From a virus (taxonomy: Duplodnaviria; Heunggongvirae; Uroviricota; Caudoviricetes), in the IMG/VR virus record IMGVR_UViG_3300046779_000230, positions 87,562-126,495 of that record: DNA of 38,934 bases; one strand, 5' to 3'. Below are positions 9,403-18,864 of this stretch, piece by piece (position 1 is the stretch's first letter; the number at the start of each line of letters is the position of its first letter). Under the pieces are notes generated by a model. The model saw nothing but the letters and a program-made list of their open reading frames with translations, was not told the origin of the DNA and ran no database searches. The translations under genes were made by a program, and so were the position numbers.

Positions 9403-11553
9403 TTAGAATAAAATTTCTGTTCCGACGTACAATCCACTATCATTTAAGAAAAAGCCAGCTTCACCGTAAGGGTTAAACTCGATAATACCACCTGAGTCTA
9501 CAATTTCACTGATATCAATACCAGAAATTGTAGGATCAATAATTTTCTCTAATATGAATGCGGGGACTGTTCTATTTAGGTCGGATCCCGTTACATCTTC
9601 CATAACTACGTGTTCGTAGTTAGTTCCACCGTCATAAAGAATATGAGCGTCTAATAATTTTTCCATATCAATGATAGCCAAACCAGTTCTGGTTCCTACT
9701 AACATTGGATATTCTGGTTCGATCATGACAACAGATTGTTGATCATAAACCCCATCATAATTTGCTACTGTTGCATCTACCAGTTTGTTAAATGTCATGT
9801 ATGGAAAAGTTCTGTCCATACCAGTTCCAGTTTCATCAACTGGCACAACATTTTCTTGATCTACAACACCATCGTAGTTTAATGTTGTTATTGTAATGGT
9901 CTTATGAGAATCAAAGAATGGACCAGTACGATCTAGACCTTCTCCAACCTCAGAAGACATAAACACTTCATGACCTTCGACCAACCCATCGTAGTTTGGT
10001 GTAGTGTTTATAATGTTCTTTCCAACTAACAAGTATGGATAAGTTCTGTCCATACCAGTACCAATTTCGTCGAATGGGCGAACTACATGTCCTTCTAGAG
10101 CATTATCATGGTTTCTTACATAATCGTCTAGATACTTACTAAAGTGTTTTATTTCGATTAAGTTTTCAGCAGTAACTTCTTCACTCTTAGAAAGAGTCAA
10201 GATTCTAATTAGAGATTCTAGTTCTAAGCTAATATCGAATTCGTTACGAATATCGTACTCACCGAACATAGCCATACCAGCTGGGTGAATCAAGTTCTTG
10301 ACTGCAGTCTTATAACGATCTAGAGTCTCGTCGATCTTAATAACGTAAGAGAACGCTTGATAGTATCTAGAGTCTTGGATATAAATCGCATCATCCAAGA
10401 AGCCATCGTTGTTAATATAGTAACCTGGATATTTCGCTAGAGCACCAAGTTTAACTTTAATAATGGCTGGATTACTTTCAGTTACTTTAGAGTCGATAGT
10501 AGAAATACCGAATTCTCTAAGCACGTTACCTGCATAAGTACCGTCAATGGCTGGAGCAGTTGGGTTCGCTGGATCGAATGCGTAGTCAAACGTGTTGATT
10601 GTACCACTTTCAGAATAACCATCCAAGCCTTCTGAAATATTAAGATTAGATCCAATACGCTGAATAACAGTACCAGATGTACCAGAGACATCCTGACCAG
10701 ACTGAGCAGAGATTGTAGTTGTGAAGTCTGTGCTGTAACCGATACCGTATTTAATGAATTGAGCTAGTTCAATACCACCAGTAGAGTTAACTTTAGAAAC
10801 TTTTAGAATAGAACCATAACCGTTAAAGTTACGGATATTATACAGCTGACCAACTTTAAATCCAGAACCTGCTTGTTGAACTTCTAGAGCAGTTGTTGTT
10901 GCTAGAATCTCAGCAGTAAAGTAAACACCCTCTGCATCATTTCTATAACGTAATCTGTCGCCAACTGAAACATTACCAAAGAATCGACGGTCAATTAAAA
11001 ATTCATAAACGGTATCAGACAAACGAATTGTTCGTTCAACTTCAACTTCAACGTCTTGTCTTCTATCAACTAGAACACGAATAATTTTATTTGGTGTGAT
11101 AACATCAACTAATTTACCAACAACATCGTTTGGCGTACCAGTCAATATCTTGGCAAAAACAGAAACGTCTTGGTTCCATTTACCATCGGATGCGCGAAGC
11201 ATTTGTTTAGAAGGATAGTCAATAGACACTTCCTTGTTAAACAAAATTCTGAACAGCAACTTAAATGATGCTTCAGAACCCTTTGCTTTGTACTGATCTT
11301 TAATGTGTTGTAATAAGAATCTTTCACTAACAGTAGAATATGGAATGTTTGAACCATATTCATTTCTAAAGTGTTTGATAAAACTGTCTAGTGTACTATC
11401 TAAATCTCTTAGAGTCTTTAAGTCGACTTGTGTAGATTCTAGATACGTGTAATACGCTTCTAAGAACGAAACGAATGTATCGTATTCTTCTCGTACAAAC
11501 TCTGGTAGCTGATTTGCTACCAGAGTTGAAATCTTAGGTTTTGTTAATGCCAT
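9403..11553 (-). CDS. gp7: Baseplate wedge initiator gp7-like
   Basis: QLPEFVREEY..FLEAYY, YKAKGSEASFKLLFRILF, LRASDGKW, IQDSRYYQAFSYVIK, VKNLIHPAGMAMFGE motifs; follows gp6. Confidence 0.75.
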   Translation of the reverse strand: MALTKPKISTLVANQLPEFVREEYDTFVSFLEAYYTYLESTQVDLKTLRDLDSTLDSFIKHFRNEYGSNIPYSTVSERFLLQHIKDQYKAKGSEASFKLLFRILFNKEVSIDYPSKQMLRASDGKWNQDVSVFAKILTGTPNDVVGKLVDVITPNKIIRVLVDRRQDVEVEVERTIRLSDTVYEFLIDRRFFGNVSVGDRLRYRNDAEGVYFTAEILATTTALEVQQAGSGFKVGQLYNIRNFNGYGSILKVSKVNSTGGIELAQFIKYGIGYSTDFTTTISAQSGQDVSGTSGTVIQRIGSNLNISEGLDGYSESGTINTFDYAFDPANPTAPAIDGTYAGNVLREFGISTIDSKVTESNPAIIKVKLGALAKYPGYYINNDGFLDDAIYIQDSRYYQAFSYVIKIDETLDRYKTAVKNLIHPAGMAMFGEYDIRNEFDISLELESLIRILTLSKSEEVTAENLIEIKHFSKYLDDYVRNHDNALEGHVVRPFDEIGTGMDRTYPYLLVGKNIINTTPNYDGLVEGHEVFMSSEVGEGLDRTGPFFDSHKTITITTLNYDGVVDQENVVPVDETGTGMDRTFPYMTFNKLVDATVANYDGVYDQQSVVMIEPEYPMLVGTRTGLAIIDMEKLLDAHILYDGGTNYEHVVMEDVTGSDLNRTVPAFILEKIIDPTISGIDISEIVDSGGIIEFNPYGEAGFFLNDSGLYVGTEILF
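9535..10113 (-). repeat. About five tandem 39-aa repeats in the gp7-like C-terminus
   Basis: NHDNALEGHVVRPFDEIGTGMDRTYPY / NYDGLVEGHEVFMSSEVGEGLDRTGPF / NYDGVVDQENVVPVDETGTGMDRTFPY recur with exact 39-aa spacing, followed by two more degenerate copies. Confidence 0.75.
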
Positions 11554-13385
11554 TATGATCTGCTTGTGCTAAAGACGTAATTATATCCGCCACGAAGATC
11601 TCCAGTAGCTGCCTTATCAGAAATTGCTTTAATTGTCAAGTGATCTCTGGCAATTTCAGCGATTTGTGTTAGAGCGGAGACCACATCATTAGATTGTGGT
11701 TTAATAGAAATCTCAAAGTCGATATCAGCCAATGCTGTGATGTGTAAGTTTCTAATGTCTACGATACCGTTAGCGTAGTCAATAGTACCGATTCTGTTAT
11801 TTACATATTGTTTGATAGCGTTTGGACCATATTTAAACAGTCTAACATATCCAACACCATCGTCGTTCATATAGTGAACTTCATCGCTACCAGCAATAAA
11901 GAAACCAGTTGTTAAGAATGAACCAGCTTCACCTTGTCCGTCTGCGTAGATCGGGTTAATGATGTTCAAGATATATTGAGCGCTAACATTATAGCGAGGA
12001 ATTAATCTTCTTCTTAATAGAACAGTAGTAATGTTGCTGACAATAGATGGGTCTGCTGCGTCAATAATTCTACTTAGTTTAGAGAATCTAAACATACCAT
12101 CGAATCTCTGCAAGTCATCATCATCGTATTTAAAGATTGCGTTTGTAACGATTGTTTCTATCTCAGAAGCAGTCTTTGTAGTTTCTTGCTCGTTGTAATA
12201 GATTGTAACATCTAGAGCGATGTTAATATATTCTGGATCTAAAATTTCTGGAGTAACAGAAACAACGCTACGCTGAGACAACACGCTGGAAATAATAGAT
12301 GCTTTTTGAACCGATGTCAACTTAGAAGCATTCTTTGGTTTGACGCAGATAAAAGTTTTACCGTAAACTGGTGGGTTGTTATCTTCACCACCCCAAACAG
12401 AAACTGACTTGGCTTCTGGCACAGATGCATAGATAAGAGCCTTGTAATCATCTGGAGTAACAGCACGGTTTTGCGCTGAGTACATTTTTGGAGCATTGAA
12501 TCGAATACTCTCTATGTCTTCTCTATCAGATCCATTAGAAGCTGGAGAAGTAGTAGTGATAGTTATAGTAGAACCACTCAATAGAGTTGAACCATTATAT
12601 GTGAATGCTCTAGCGCCATTGGCTATTTCTTTACTAGAAACAAAATATTCAATGTGAATCACATTACCATTAGAAAGAGCCTTGCCCAAATTACCATCAC
12701 CGAATGTTAACTCATAAAGGCTATCGTCGATCTCTTTGATCCAGTATAATTTAGAATCTGGTGTAGCTTTGACTAATGTATCTGCACGAGAATATGTCTC
12801 GTAGAAAGAAGATGTAGAACTTTCCTGAACTCTAACAGTCAATGTGTCTAAGTCAATATCAGCGTTTGGTACAATATATCTTGCGCCGTTGCTAACTAGA
12901 AACTTATTAGATAGTGGCGCACCCTCGTGGATTTCAACACCAGTGAACGTATAAGTGTTTCCATTACGGTTAGTTGTAATAGAACCTCTGTTGAAAAATG
13001 TCAAAGATGTTCCATCAACAGTAGTATTAAATTGACTGAATGCTGGAATTGTTAAGTTTGTCGGGCTAGAAGTACCGCCTGCAACTGTGATATTAACTGT
13101 AGCAGAAGCGCATTTAGCTGAACGTGGTGTGTAACCAAGATGCTTGGCTAGAGAAACTACGCTGCTTCTTTTTCTAGCAGAGTCCAAGAACATTTCGTTA
13201 ATCGTCATGTTATTGTACAATGCATTGTAGTGTGTATTGTAGGCTAGTGTGTCCATCAGTACGGACATCGCAGAACCTTCAAAATCATAATCTTGAAATT
13301 GTTCTTGTCCGCTTAAAAATTCTTTGATATTAGACTTGATTGCATCAAAGTCTAATTCTGTTACATTAATCTTTTTGTTAGCCAT
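11553..13385 (-). CDS. gp6: Baseplate wedge subunit gp6
   Basis: ELDFDAIKSNIKEFL, DFEGSAMSVLMDTLAYNTHY, QNRAVTPDDY, VWGGEDNNPPVYGKTFI motifs. Confidence 0.93.
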   Translation of the reverse strand: MANKKINVTELDFDAIKSNIKEFLSGQEQFQDYDFEGSAMSVLMDTLAYNTHYNALYNNMTINEMFLDSARKRSSVVSLAKHLGYTPRSAKCASATVNITVAGGTSSPTNLTIPAFSQFNTTVDGTSLTFFNRGSITTNRNGNTYTFTGVEIHEGAPLSNKFLVSNGARYIVPNADIDLDTLTVRVQESSTSSFYETYSRADTLVKATPDSKLYWIKEIDDSLYELTFGDGNLGKALSNGNVIHIEYFVSSKEIANGARAFTYNGSTLLSGSTITITTTSPASNGSDREDIESIRFNAPKMYSAQNRAVTPDDYKALIYASVPEAKSVSVWGGEDNNPPVYGKTFICVKPKNASKLTSVQKASIISSVLSQRSVVSVTPEILDPEYINIALDVTIYYNEQETTKTASEIETIVTNAIFKYDDDDLQRFDGMFRFSKLSRIIDAADPSIVSNITTVLLRRRLIPRYNVSAQYILNIINPIYADGQGEAGSFLTTGFFIAGSDEVHYMNDDGVGYVRLFKYGPNAIKQYVNNRIGTIDYANGIVDIRNLHITALADIDFEISIKPQSNDVVSALTQIAEIARDHLTIKAISDKAATGDLRGGYNYVFSTSRS

Positions 13386-13777
13386 TATCGTGTTCTCTCT
13401 AGAGTTATATCAAGAGTTAAAGGTCTCTCTGTATTAACGATCTTAAATTCTATGGTTATGTCAACAGAATTTTCGTCTTCTAATAATGAGACGATAACAT
13501 CTATAACTTCAACTCTTGGTTCGTAGTTGTTTATGACATCAATAATTGCTCTTCGTAAAGTCGCTTCCAACATTGGAGTAGCTGGTTCGAATAGCAAAGC
13601 CATAACGGGAGAACCAATTTCGCTGTGGAATGGTCTCTCATAGTTTTTAGTAAGTATCAAAGTTTTCAGCGCTGCCTTGATCGCATTGTCATCATATCGG
13701 CGTGCAATGTCTTTCGTCACTGGATGTGCAGTGAAGTTAAAGTCTAAATCAGAGAATATTCTTGTGTTTCTTGCCAT
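13385..13777 (-). CDS. gp25: Baseplate wedge subunit gp25
   Basis: FSDLDFNFTAHPVTKDI, ERPFHSEIGS, YEPRVEV motifs. Confidence 0.93.
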   Translation of the reverse strand: MARNTRIFSDLDFNFTAHPVTKDIARRYDDNAIKAALKTLILTKNYERPFHSEIGSPVMALLFEPATPMLEATLRRAIIDVINNYEPRVEVIDVIVSLLEDENSVDITIEFKIVNTERPLTLDITLERTR

Positions 13778-13783
13778 AACTAT

Positions 13784-13790
13784 TATTTAG
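13784..13790 (-). promoter_or_regulatory. Putative late promoter (CTAAATA)
   Basis: CTAAATA 6 nt upstream of the gp25 ATG; the same heptamer recurs at 20381, 20855 and ~34285. Confidence 0.45.
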
Positions 13791-13791
13791 G

Positions 13792-14076
13792 TTATTCTAT
13801 TATGGTTTTTGCATTGCCGTCTGCAACTTGGTCGCCATCAGCAATTGGATCATTTACTCTCGCAGCTGCAAAACCTTCGAAGAAAGTCTTTGCAGCACCT
13901 GCTGTTATTTGCCTTTGAGCTCCAATGTGATCTAGATGTGGAGCGAATCGGTCACCAACTACACCCACTAACACTCCACCAACATAAGTTTTAACACATT
14001 GGATTTTAGCAGTAAGGGCTGTTGGTGGACCATCTAAACCCTTGCTCATCGCACCTTTATATGTTAAGTTTGGCAT
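13792..14076 (-). CDS. PAAR spike-tip protein (gp5.4-like)
   Basis: 94 aa directly after gp5; VGVVGD..PH..R.I..G..KTFFEG..AARVND.IA.G..VA.G PAAR-like pattern. Confidence 0.8.
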   Translation of the reverse strand: MPNLTYKGAMSKGLDGPPTALTAKIQCVKTYVGGVLVGVVGDRFAPHLDHIGAQRQITAGAAKTFFEGFAAARVNDPIADGDQVADGNAKTIIE

Positions 14077-17000
14077 TATGCTTTCTTAGCCTTTGGTGGA
14101 ATAGTATCGTGTAAGTAGAATCCTTCAGGAATTCCAGCAGAGTTTCTGTGGTAAATAGCATCATTAACCATAGTGAAAGCCATCTTTCTAGTACCTTTAG
14201 GTCTGTAAGATATGTGAATCCAAGTAGATTCTGGATAACGATACTCTAGAATAATCTGATCATAAGGCATTAGTTTTTCAAACTTCTGAACAAGCTCATA
14301 TGTCTTGTTAATCTTATCATTACCTAAAATACCAATGTCAAAAGCCAAACCTTTGCAGTGGTCAGAATGGGGAGTAGAAATGCCACCAACCTGTCTATAA
14401 CCAGAGTTGATTCTCCATAGTTTGTTATATCCACCGATACCACCTGGAAGTATTTCTAGTGCTGGCTCAAGAATATTTTGGCAAGCCTGAGCTAAGTTAC
14501 AAACGATCTCTCCGACTGTATAAAGTCTTTCTGGACCAGTCTTAGACTCTCTTAGCATTTGGTCGACCAATTTATGTTTACCACCAACGCCACCATCAAT
14601 GACCATACCTAGACTAAAGTTCTTAGATAAAACAAAGTCGTTAGTGAAGTTTGTAGTTGCGTAGATAACTTGGCAATCAACTGGAATCTTAGATGAAACG
14701 CCACCACTAGGAAGTGGTGCGCTTTCAGAAGCAACTGGTGCTGGGGCATTAGGAACACCTTGCAATGTTTCTTTGTTTGATTGCTGACGACCTTCTGGTG
14801 TATCCCATTCATCTGGTGTCTCAATAGAAGACTTGTCTTCAAATTGTCTTTCTGGTGGGATTAGATATGGAACTACAGAATTTACTGGTATTCCAACAGC
14901 AGGTGGTGTTAGTTCTACATCAACAGCGCCACTTGCGCCGTTACCAAACTGCCCTTCAGCATAGTCAGCGTGTAGTGTAGCACCAGCTAAAATATTCATA
15001 TCTGCCGTTGATTCTAAATTCATATTAACGGACTTTTGATTGATATTTGCAGCTTGTATATTAAAATCACCGCCAGCTTTAATCAGCACATCACCACCAG
15101 CTGCCATGTAAATATCATTTGCAGCACCAACAGTTAGATTATTACCAACAGTCAAATTTGCATTTTGAGACACTTCAATATTAGCGTCTGAACGAGCAAA
15201 GATGTTTGTATTTCCATCTACTGTTATGTTACATTCACCTGCAACATGCACGCATCCATTTCTTTCCATCAAGATAAAATTGTCACCCACAATATAGTTT
15301 ACTTGTGTGCCTTGAGAATCAATCTCAGTGAAGGTGCCAGAACGATGGTATGTATGAATGCGTTCTTGACCTGGAGTGTCATCAAATTCTTGAATGTGAC
15401 CAGACTCAGTTTCATAAACTTTATTGAATGGATACTTTGCGCCAAATGGTGCTTGTGGTTGATCCCAAATACCGCCAGAAGCAGTTGGTACACCTTGAAC
15501 ACGAGTGGCGTCTTTCTTATTGATAACTGTACCTTCTATGATACCTCGAGCAAGACGGTTTGTATCTGGTTCATTAATATAATCTGGTAGTGGATATTTG
15601 TTATTCGGATCTCTAAATCCTGTATTATCTGTACCACGTTTGACAGACTCAGGAGAAGGTCCAGGTTTAACAACACCATCTGTTTGTGGTGGTACTGCTA
15701 TTGGTGCGCCAGCATCTTTTTCTACACCACCGTATGAATTCTCACCATAAAAGTATTCATAGAATTGTCTTTTTGCTGCAGCGATGTTTGGCACGTTAAA
15801 TCCAACAGCTTTCTTTGCCGCTTCAAAATAACCAGGATGTGCACTAGGGTTAACCTTAGGTGGAACCTTTATCTTAAAGTAGAGAGCAGCCACGACCGCT
15901 GACACATTAATATCTGTGTCCAAAGAATCTGGATTGTTAACAAGATCAAGAGTTATACCAAATTCCTTAGCTTTTTGCTGGAATAGTGTATAGTTTTCTC
16001 TGCCAGTTAACCCAATAAATCCACGCCCATAATATTTACCACCGTCTTCATCTGTTTTGTTACCCAAAAAGTTTTTACCACGAGTAGTTGGTCCATACAC
16101 CCACGAGAAGAACTCTTCTCTTGACATACCCTTTTTCTTGGCGTTTGAGTACTTTTCTACTTGCTCTGGTGTTGCAAAAGAAAACACCTCTTTCAATCTA
16201 GCTGGCGAGTAATTATACGCTTCTTGTTGCGGAATCCAAGCACTCTCACCACCAGCAATACCAAGCAGAGCACACTTTTGTTCTTTTGTAGTAAGACCTA
16301 CTTTATCACAAGCAGCAAGAAGTGCTTTGATACCTTCTTTTGCCTTTGCTTCGTTTGGAGTAGATCTCTTTGGTGGAATTGTTGGAATTGATTGATTGGT
16401 ATCAGTTTGCTTAACTGGACTGTCTGATATAACGATAGGTTTACCGCTACCAGAAAGTACTGGTTCTCCACTCGATGTAGTTAGAACTCCTTCGACTTTA
16501 GATTGTAGCACTGCGTCTAAGTTGGTTGGGGCTTCTTTAAATGAGATTATGTTTTCGCCATAACCAGTGACTGCAGAACTAATAGTTATCTCAGTGCCAC
16601 TGTCAATACTAACAATGAATGTGTTTTCTGGAATACCAAAGCCAATAACACGCATGTTGGCTTTTAGACTTCGAGTCAAGTCGACTCTACCTAACTCAGG
16701 ATCAATGAATGTTAGCTTCTTACCAGTAACTGGTCCAGCTATAGTTCTAAGTTGAATGTCTTTTATTTTCTCTGTAATTTCACCATCATCATCAGAACCA
16801 ATAGCAGATGGTGTTCTTGCAATACCACCAACTGTTCCAAGCATTATAGGATACTGCTGGTCTTCATCGGCATAAGTGATAATAACTGTTGTACCTTCAA
16901 CTGGACCAATTGGCGTTTGACCAATACCATTCATCGCAGCAGATGTTACTGGTTGTAATGGAATAGCCCATGGAAGGTGATTAGTTGGAAGTTGAGTTTT

Positions 17001-17090
17001 GTCATGGGTATGCAACCCGACAACTCTAACTTGACAACGACCAAGACTTAGCGGATCGTTTCTATTTTCTACAACACCAGTATAAAACAT
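14076..17090 (-). CDS. gp5: Baseplate hub/central spike gp5 with GH19 lysozyme and C-terminal peptidase M15 domains
   Basis: N-terminal OB fold (FYTGVVENRNDPLSLGRCQVRVVGLH..LPWA); GH19-like GGES..YNYS..YYGRGFIGLTGRENY; YPFNKVYETESGHIQEFDDTPGQERIH; beta-helix repeats; SGYR..SDHCKGLAFDI..WIHISY. Confidence 0.9.
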   Translation of the reverse strand: MFYTGVVENRNDPLSLGRCQVRVVGLHTHDKTQLPTNHLPWAIPLQPVTSAAMNGIGQTPIGPVEGTTVIITYADEDQQYPIMLGTVGGIARTPSAIGSDDDGEITEKIKDIQLRTIAGPVTGKKLTFIDPELGRVDLTRSLKANMRVIGFGIPENTFIVSIDSGTEITISSAVTGYGENIISFKEAPTNLDAVLQSKVEGVLTTSSGEPVLSGSGKPIVISDSPVKQTDTNQSIPTIPPKRSTPNEAKAKEGIKALLAACDKVGLTTKEQKCALLGIAGGESAWIPQQEAYNYSPARLKEVFSFATPEQVEKYSNAKKKGMSREEFFSWVYGPTTRGKNFLGNKTDEDGGKYYGRGFIGLTGRENYTLFQQKAKEFGITLDLVNNPDSLDTDINVSAVVAALYFKIKVPPKVNPSAHPGYFEAAKKAVGFNVPNIAAAKRQFYEYFYGENSYGGVEKDAGAPIAVPPQTDGVVKPGPSPESVKRGTDNTGFRDPNNKYPLPDYINEPDTNRLARGIIEGTVINKKDATRVQGVPTASGGIWDQPQAPFGAKYPFNKVYETESGHIQEFDDTPGQERIHTYHRSGTFTEIDSQGTQVNYIVGDNFILMERNGCVHVAGECNITVDGNTNIFARSDANIEVSQNANLTVGNNLTVGAANDIYMAAGGDVLIKAGGDFNIQAANINQKSVNMNLESTADMNILAGATLHADYAEGQFGNGASGAVDVELTPPAVGIPVNSVVPYLIPPERQFEDKSSIETPDEWDTPEGRQQSNKETLQGVPNAPAPVASESAPLPSGGVSSKIPVDCQVIYATTNFTNDFVLSKNFSLGMVIDGGVGGKHKLVDQMLRESKTGPERLYTVGEIVCNLAQACQNILEPALEILPGGIGGYNKLWRINSGYRQVGGISTPHSDHCKGLAFDIGILGNDKINKTYELVQKFEKLMPYDQIILEYRYPESTWIHISYRPKGTRKMAFTMVNDAIYHRNSAGIPEGFYLHDTIPPKAKKA

Positions 17091-18373
17091 TATTTTCTAA
17101 CCTTATTCAAATCTAATTCCAAACTTTCTTTAATCAATTCCATATGACACTCATGTTCTTTTTTAGTTATATGATGATTGATAGCAGAAATCAAATACTT
17201 ACCAGAAAACATCTTGTCTCTAATATCACGATCGTCTTGTGTTATCTGCTCTACTTTATGTAAAGAAACTGAGACTAATTGACCAACAGTGTAATCAGTT
17301 CGACCTGGGACTGTAATACTAATCTTATTAGATTCTGCAAGTTTCATTAGAGAAAGTCTCTCTTGGAAAGTTTTAATGTTACTTGTATCTTCAAATCCAT
17401 TGAATGTATTTAATTGTCTTGGGTAGTTGACCAACAAAGCATTCGATCTAAACACTAGCTTGTCAGATGTTATTGGAAATTTGTTTAGATGATACTGTTT
17501 AGTGTATTTGTCAAACATTGTGTATATCTTGACATTATACTTCTTGTTTGTCAAGTCATAAGATATAGCTTTCGAAGCGAATGCTCCACCCATGATTCTG
17601 TCCATATAATCAAAACCAGTTGCTATGTTTATGCTGGTGATTCTTTTAAAATCTTTTTCTACGTTTCTAACTGTGCCACCGCCAGCAACATTATCTCTGC
17701 TGTATCTATCATAAACAAAATCTTGATACACTTTTTGATCGTAAAGTGATTCTAAACTAACAAAATTAAACCCATCTCTGTTCTCGAAAAATGTATAGCT
17801 AGGAGAACCGTTTCTATTAACAGCATTCTCCGTAGCATAAGTGATAATCTTAACTGGAGACCAGAAATTTGATATGAATGAAGTGTCTTGTGTTGTTGGT
17901 TCTACTTTTAATCGCTTGCTGCTTTGTAGACCATTTAACTTATCTTTAACAACATCAGTTACAATATCTCCAACATTACCAGAGTAGATTTTACTAATTT
18001 TCTTATTAAGATCGATAACAGCTTCTGGTGATATAAAGTGTAGTTGATACACAACAGAACGATCACCAACAAGTTCTCTATCAGTTAATTTGTAGATATA
18101 AAAAGTACCTTTGATGCTACCAGTCTTGATAGCAGGTGTTGTTATCTCTAATTCTAAGGTTTCTTCGCCTATAAATGGAAATAAGTTAACGAAATCTATA
18201 GATTCTTTTAAAATCAAACTTCCAGAAATAAATGGGGAAAACAAATCCTCGTATACTTGGATAGTTATAACTTGTGCAGTTATATCTTGGAAAAATCCAG
18301 TACTCGATGTTATTCTTGCTTTAGTGACACTGACATCACCAGCAAACCTAATAGAATTAGTGTTTGTTGTCAT
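17090..18373 (-). CDS. Baseplate hub/tail protein (gp27-like position)
   Basis: Lies between gp53 and gp5; IQVYEDLFSPFISGSL, YTFFENRDGFNFVSLESL, ITVPGRTDYTVGQ, SGKYLISAINH match conserved hub-protein patterns. Confidence 0.6.
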   Translation of the reverse strand: MTTNTNSIRFAGDVSVTKARITSSTGFFQDITAQVITIQVYEDLFSPFISGSLILKESIDFVNLFPFIGEETLELEITTPAIKTGSIKGTFYIYKLTDRELVGDRSVVYQLHFISPEAVIDLNKKISKIYSGNVGDIVTDVVKDKLNGLQSSKRLKVEPTTQDTSFISNFWSPVKIITYATENAVNRNGSPSYTFFENRDGFNFVSLESLYDQKVYQDFVYDRYSRDNVAGGGTVRNVEKDFKRITSINIATGFDYMDRIMGGAFASKAISYDLTNKKYNVKIYTMFDKYTKQYHLNKFPITSDKLVFRSNALLVNYPRQLNTFNGFEDTSNIKTFQERLSLMKLAESNKISITVPGRTDYTVGQLVSVSLHKVEQITQDDRDIRDKMFSGKYLISAINHHITKKEHECHMELIKESLELDLNKVRK

Positions 18374-18864
18374 TATAGTTCTTCAGCGAAATTCTTTAAT
18401 ATAGAACTAATAAGAGATGGTGAAATTATCTTTATTCTTCTTTTGCTCTCGTTAAGGTCTTCTTCGTATTTGATATTTGATATTGGTAATGCACCTGGAA
18501 AATCAGAATCGACAATATACCCAGAAGGAGAAACCCAATGATGTGGGTAGTATTTTTGATCTCCATATTTTGCTTTTATGTATTCCCATAGAACATTATA
18601 CGTCATAGGAAAATCTGCAACGTAATCATAACGATCATTGGCAAGCATAACAATCCAATGATATTGAGCATCGCCATAAAACTTCTCAGCAATAATCTCT
18701 GGTGTCTCTCCATCAACGATATCGTATAAATCGTAGAGAGTTATGTTAGCCAATACATCGCGACGGAATCTGATATTTCTAGTTATGTCTTTAACCAACA
18801 TAACTTTGTCTTTTCCAGCGATATTGAAATCATAAAGAGTTTCAGGAAATTCTTTAAAATACAT
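18373..18864 (-). CDS. gp53: Baseplate wedge subunit gp53
   Basis: MYFKEFP, YDIVDGETPEIIAEKFYGDAQYHWIVMLAN (LysM-like), YEEDLNESKRRIKI. Confidence 0.92.
   Translation of the reverse strand: MYFKEFPETLYDFNIAGKDKVMLVKDITRNIRFRRDVLANITLYDLYDIVDGETPEIIAEKFYGDAQYHWIVMLANDRYDYVADFPMTYNVLWEYIKAKYGDQKYYPHHWVSPSGYIVDSDFPGALPISNIKYEEDLNESKRRIKIISPSLISSILKNFAEEL

Noticed and set aside
9403-9443. Track start (9443) of the 166-aa ORF
   Set aside because: It overlaps the gp7 end; ATG at 9392 has the AAGGAG RBS.
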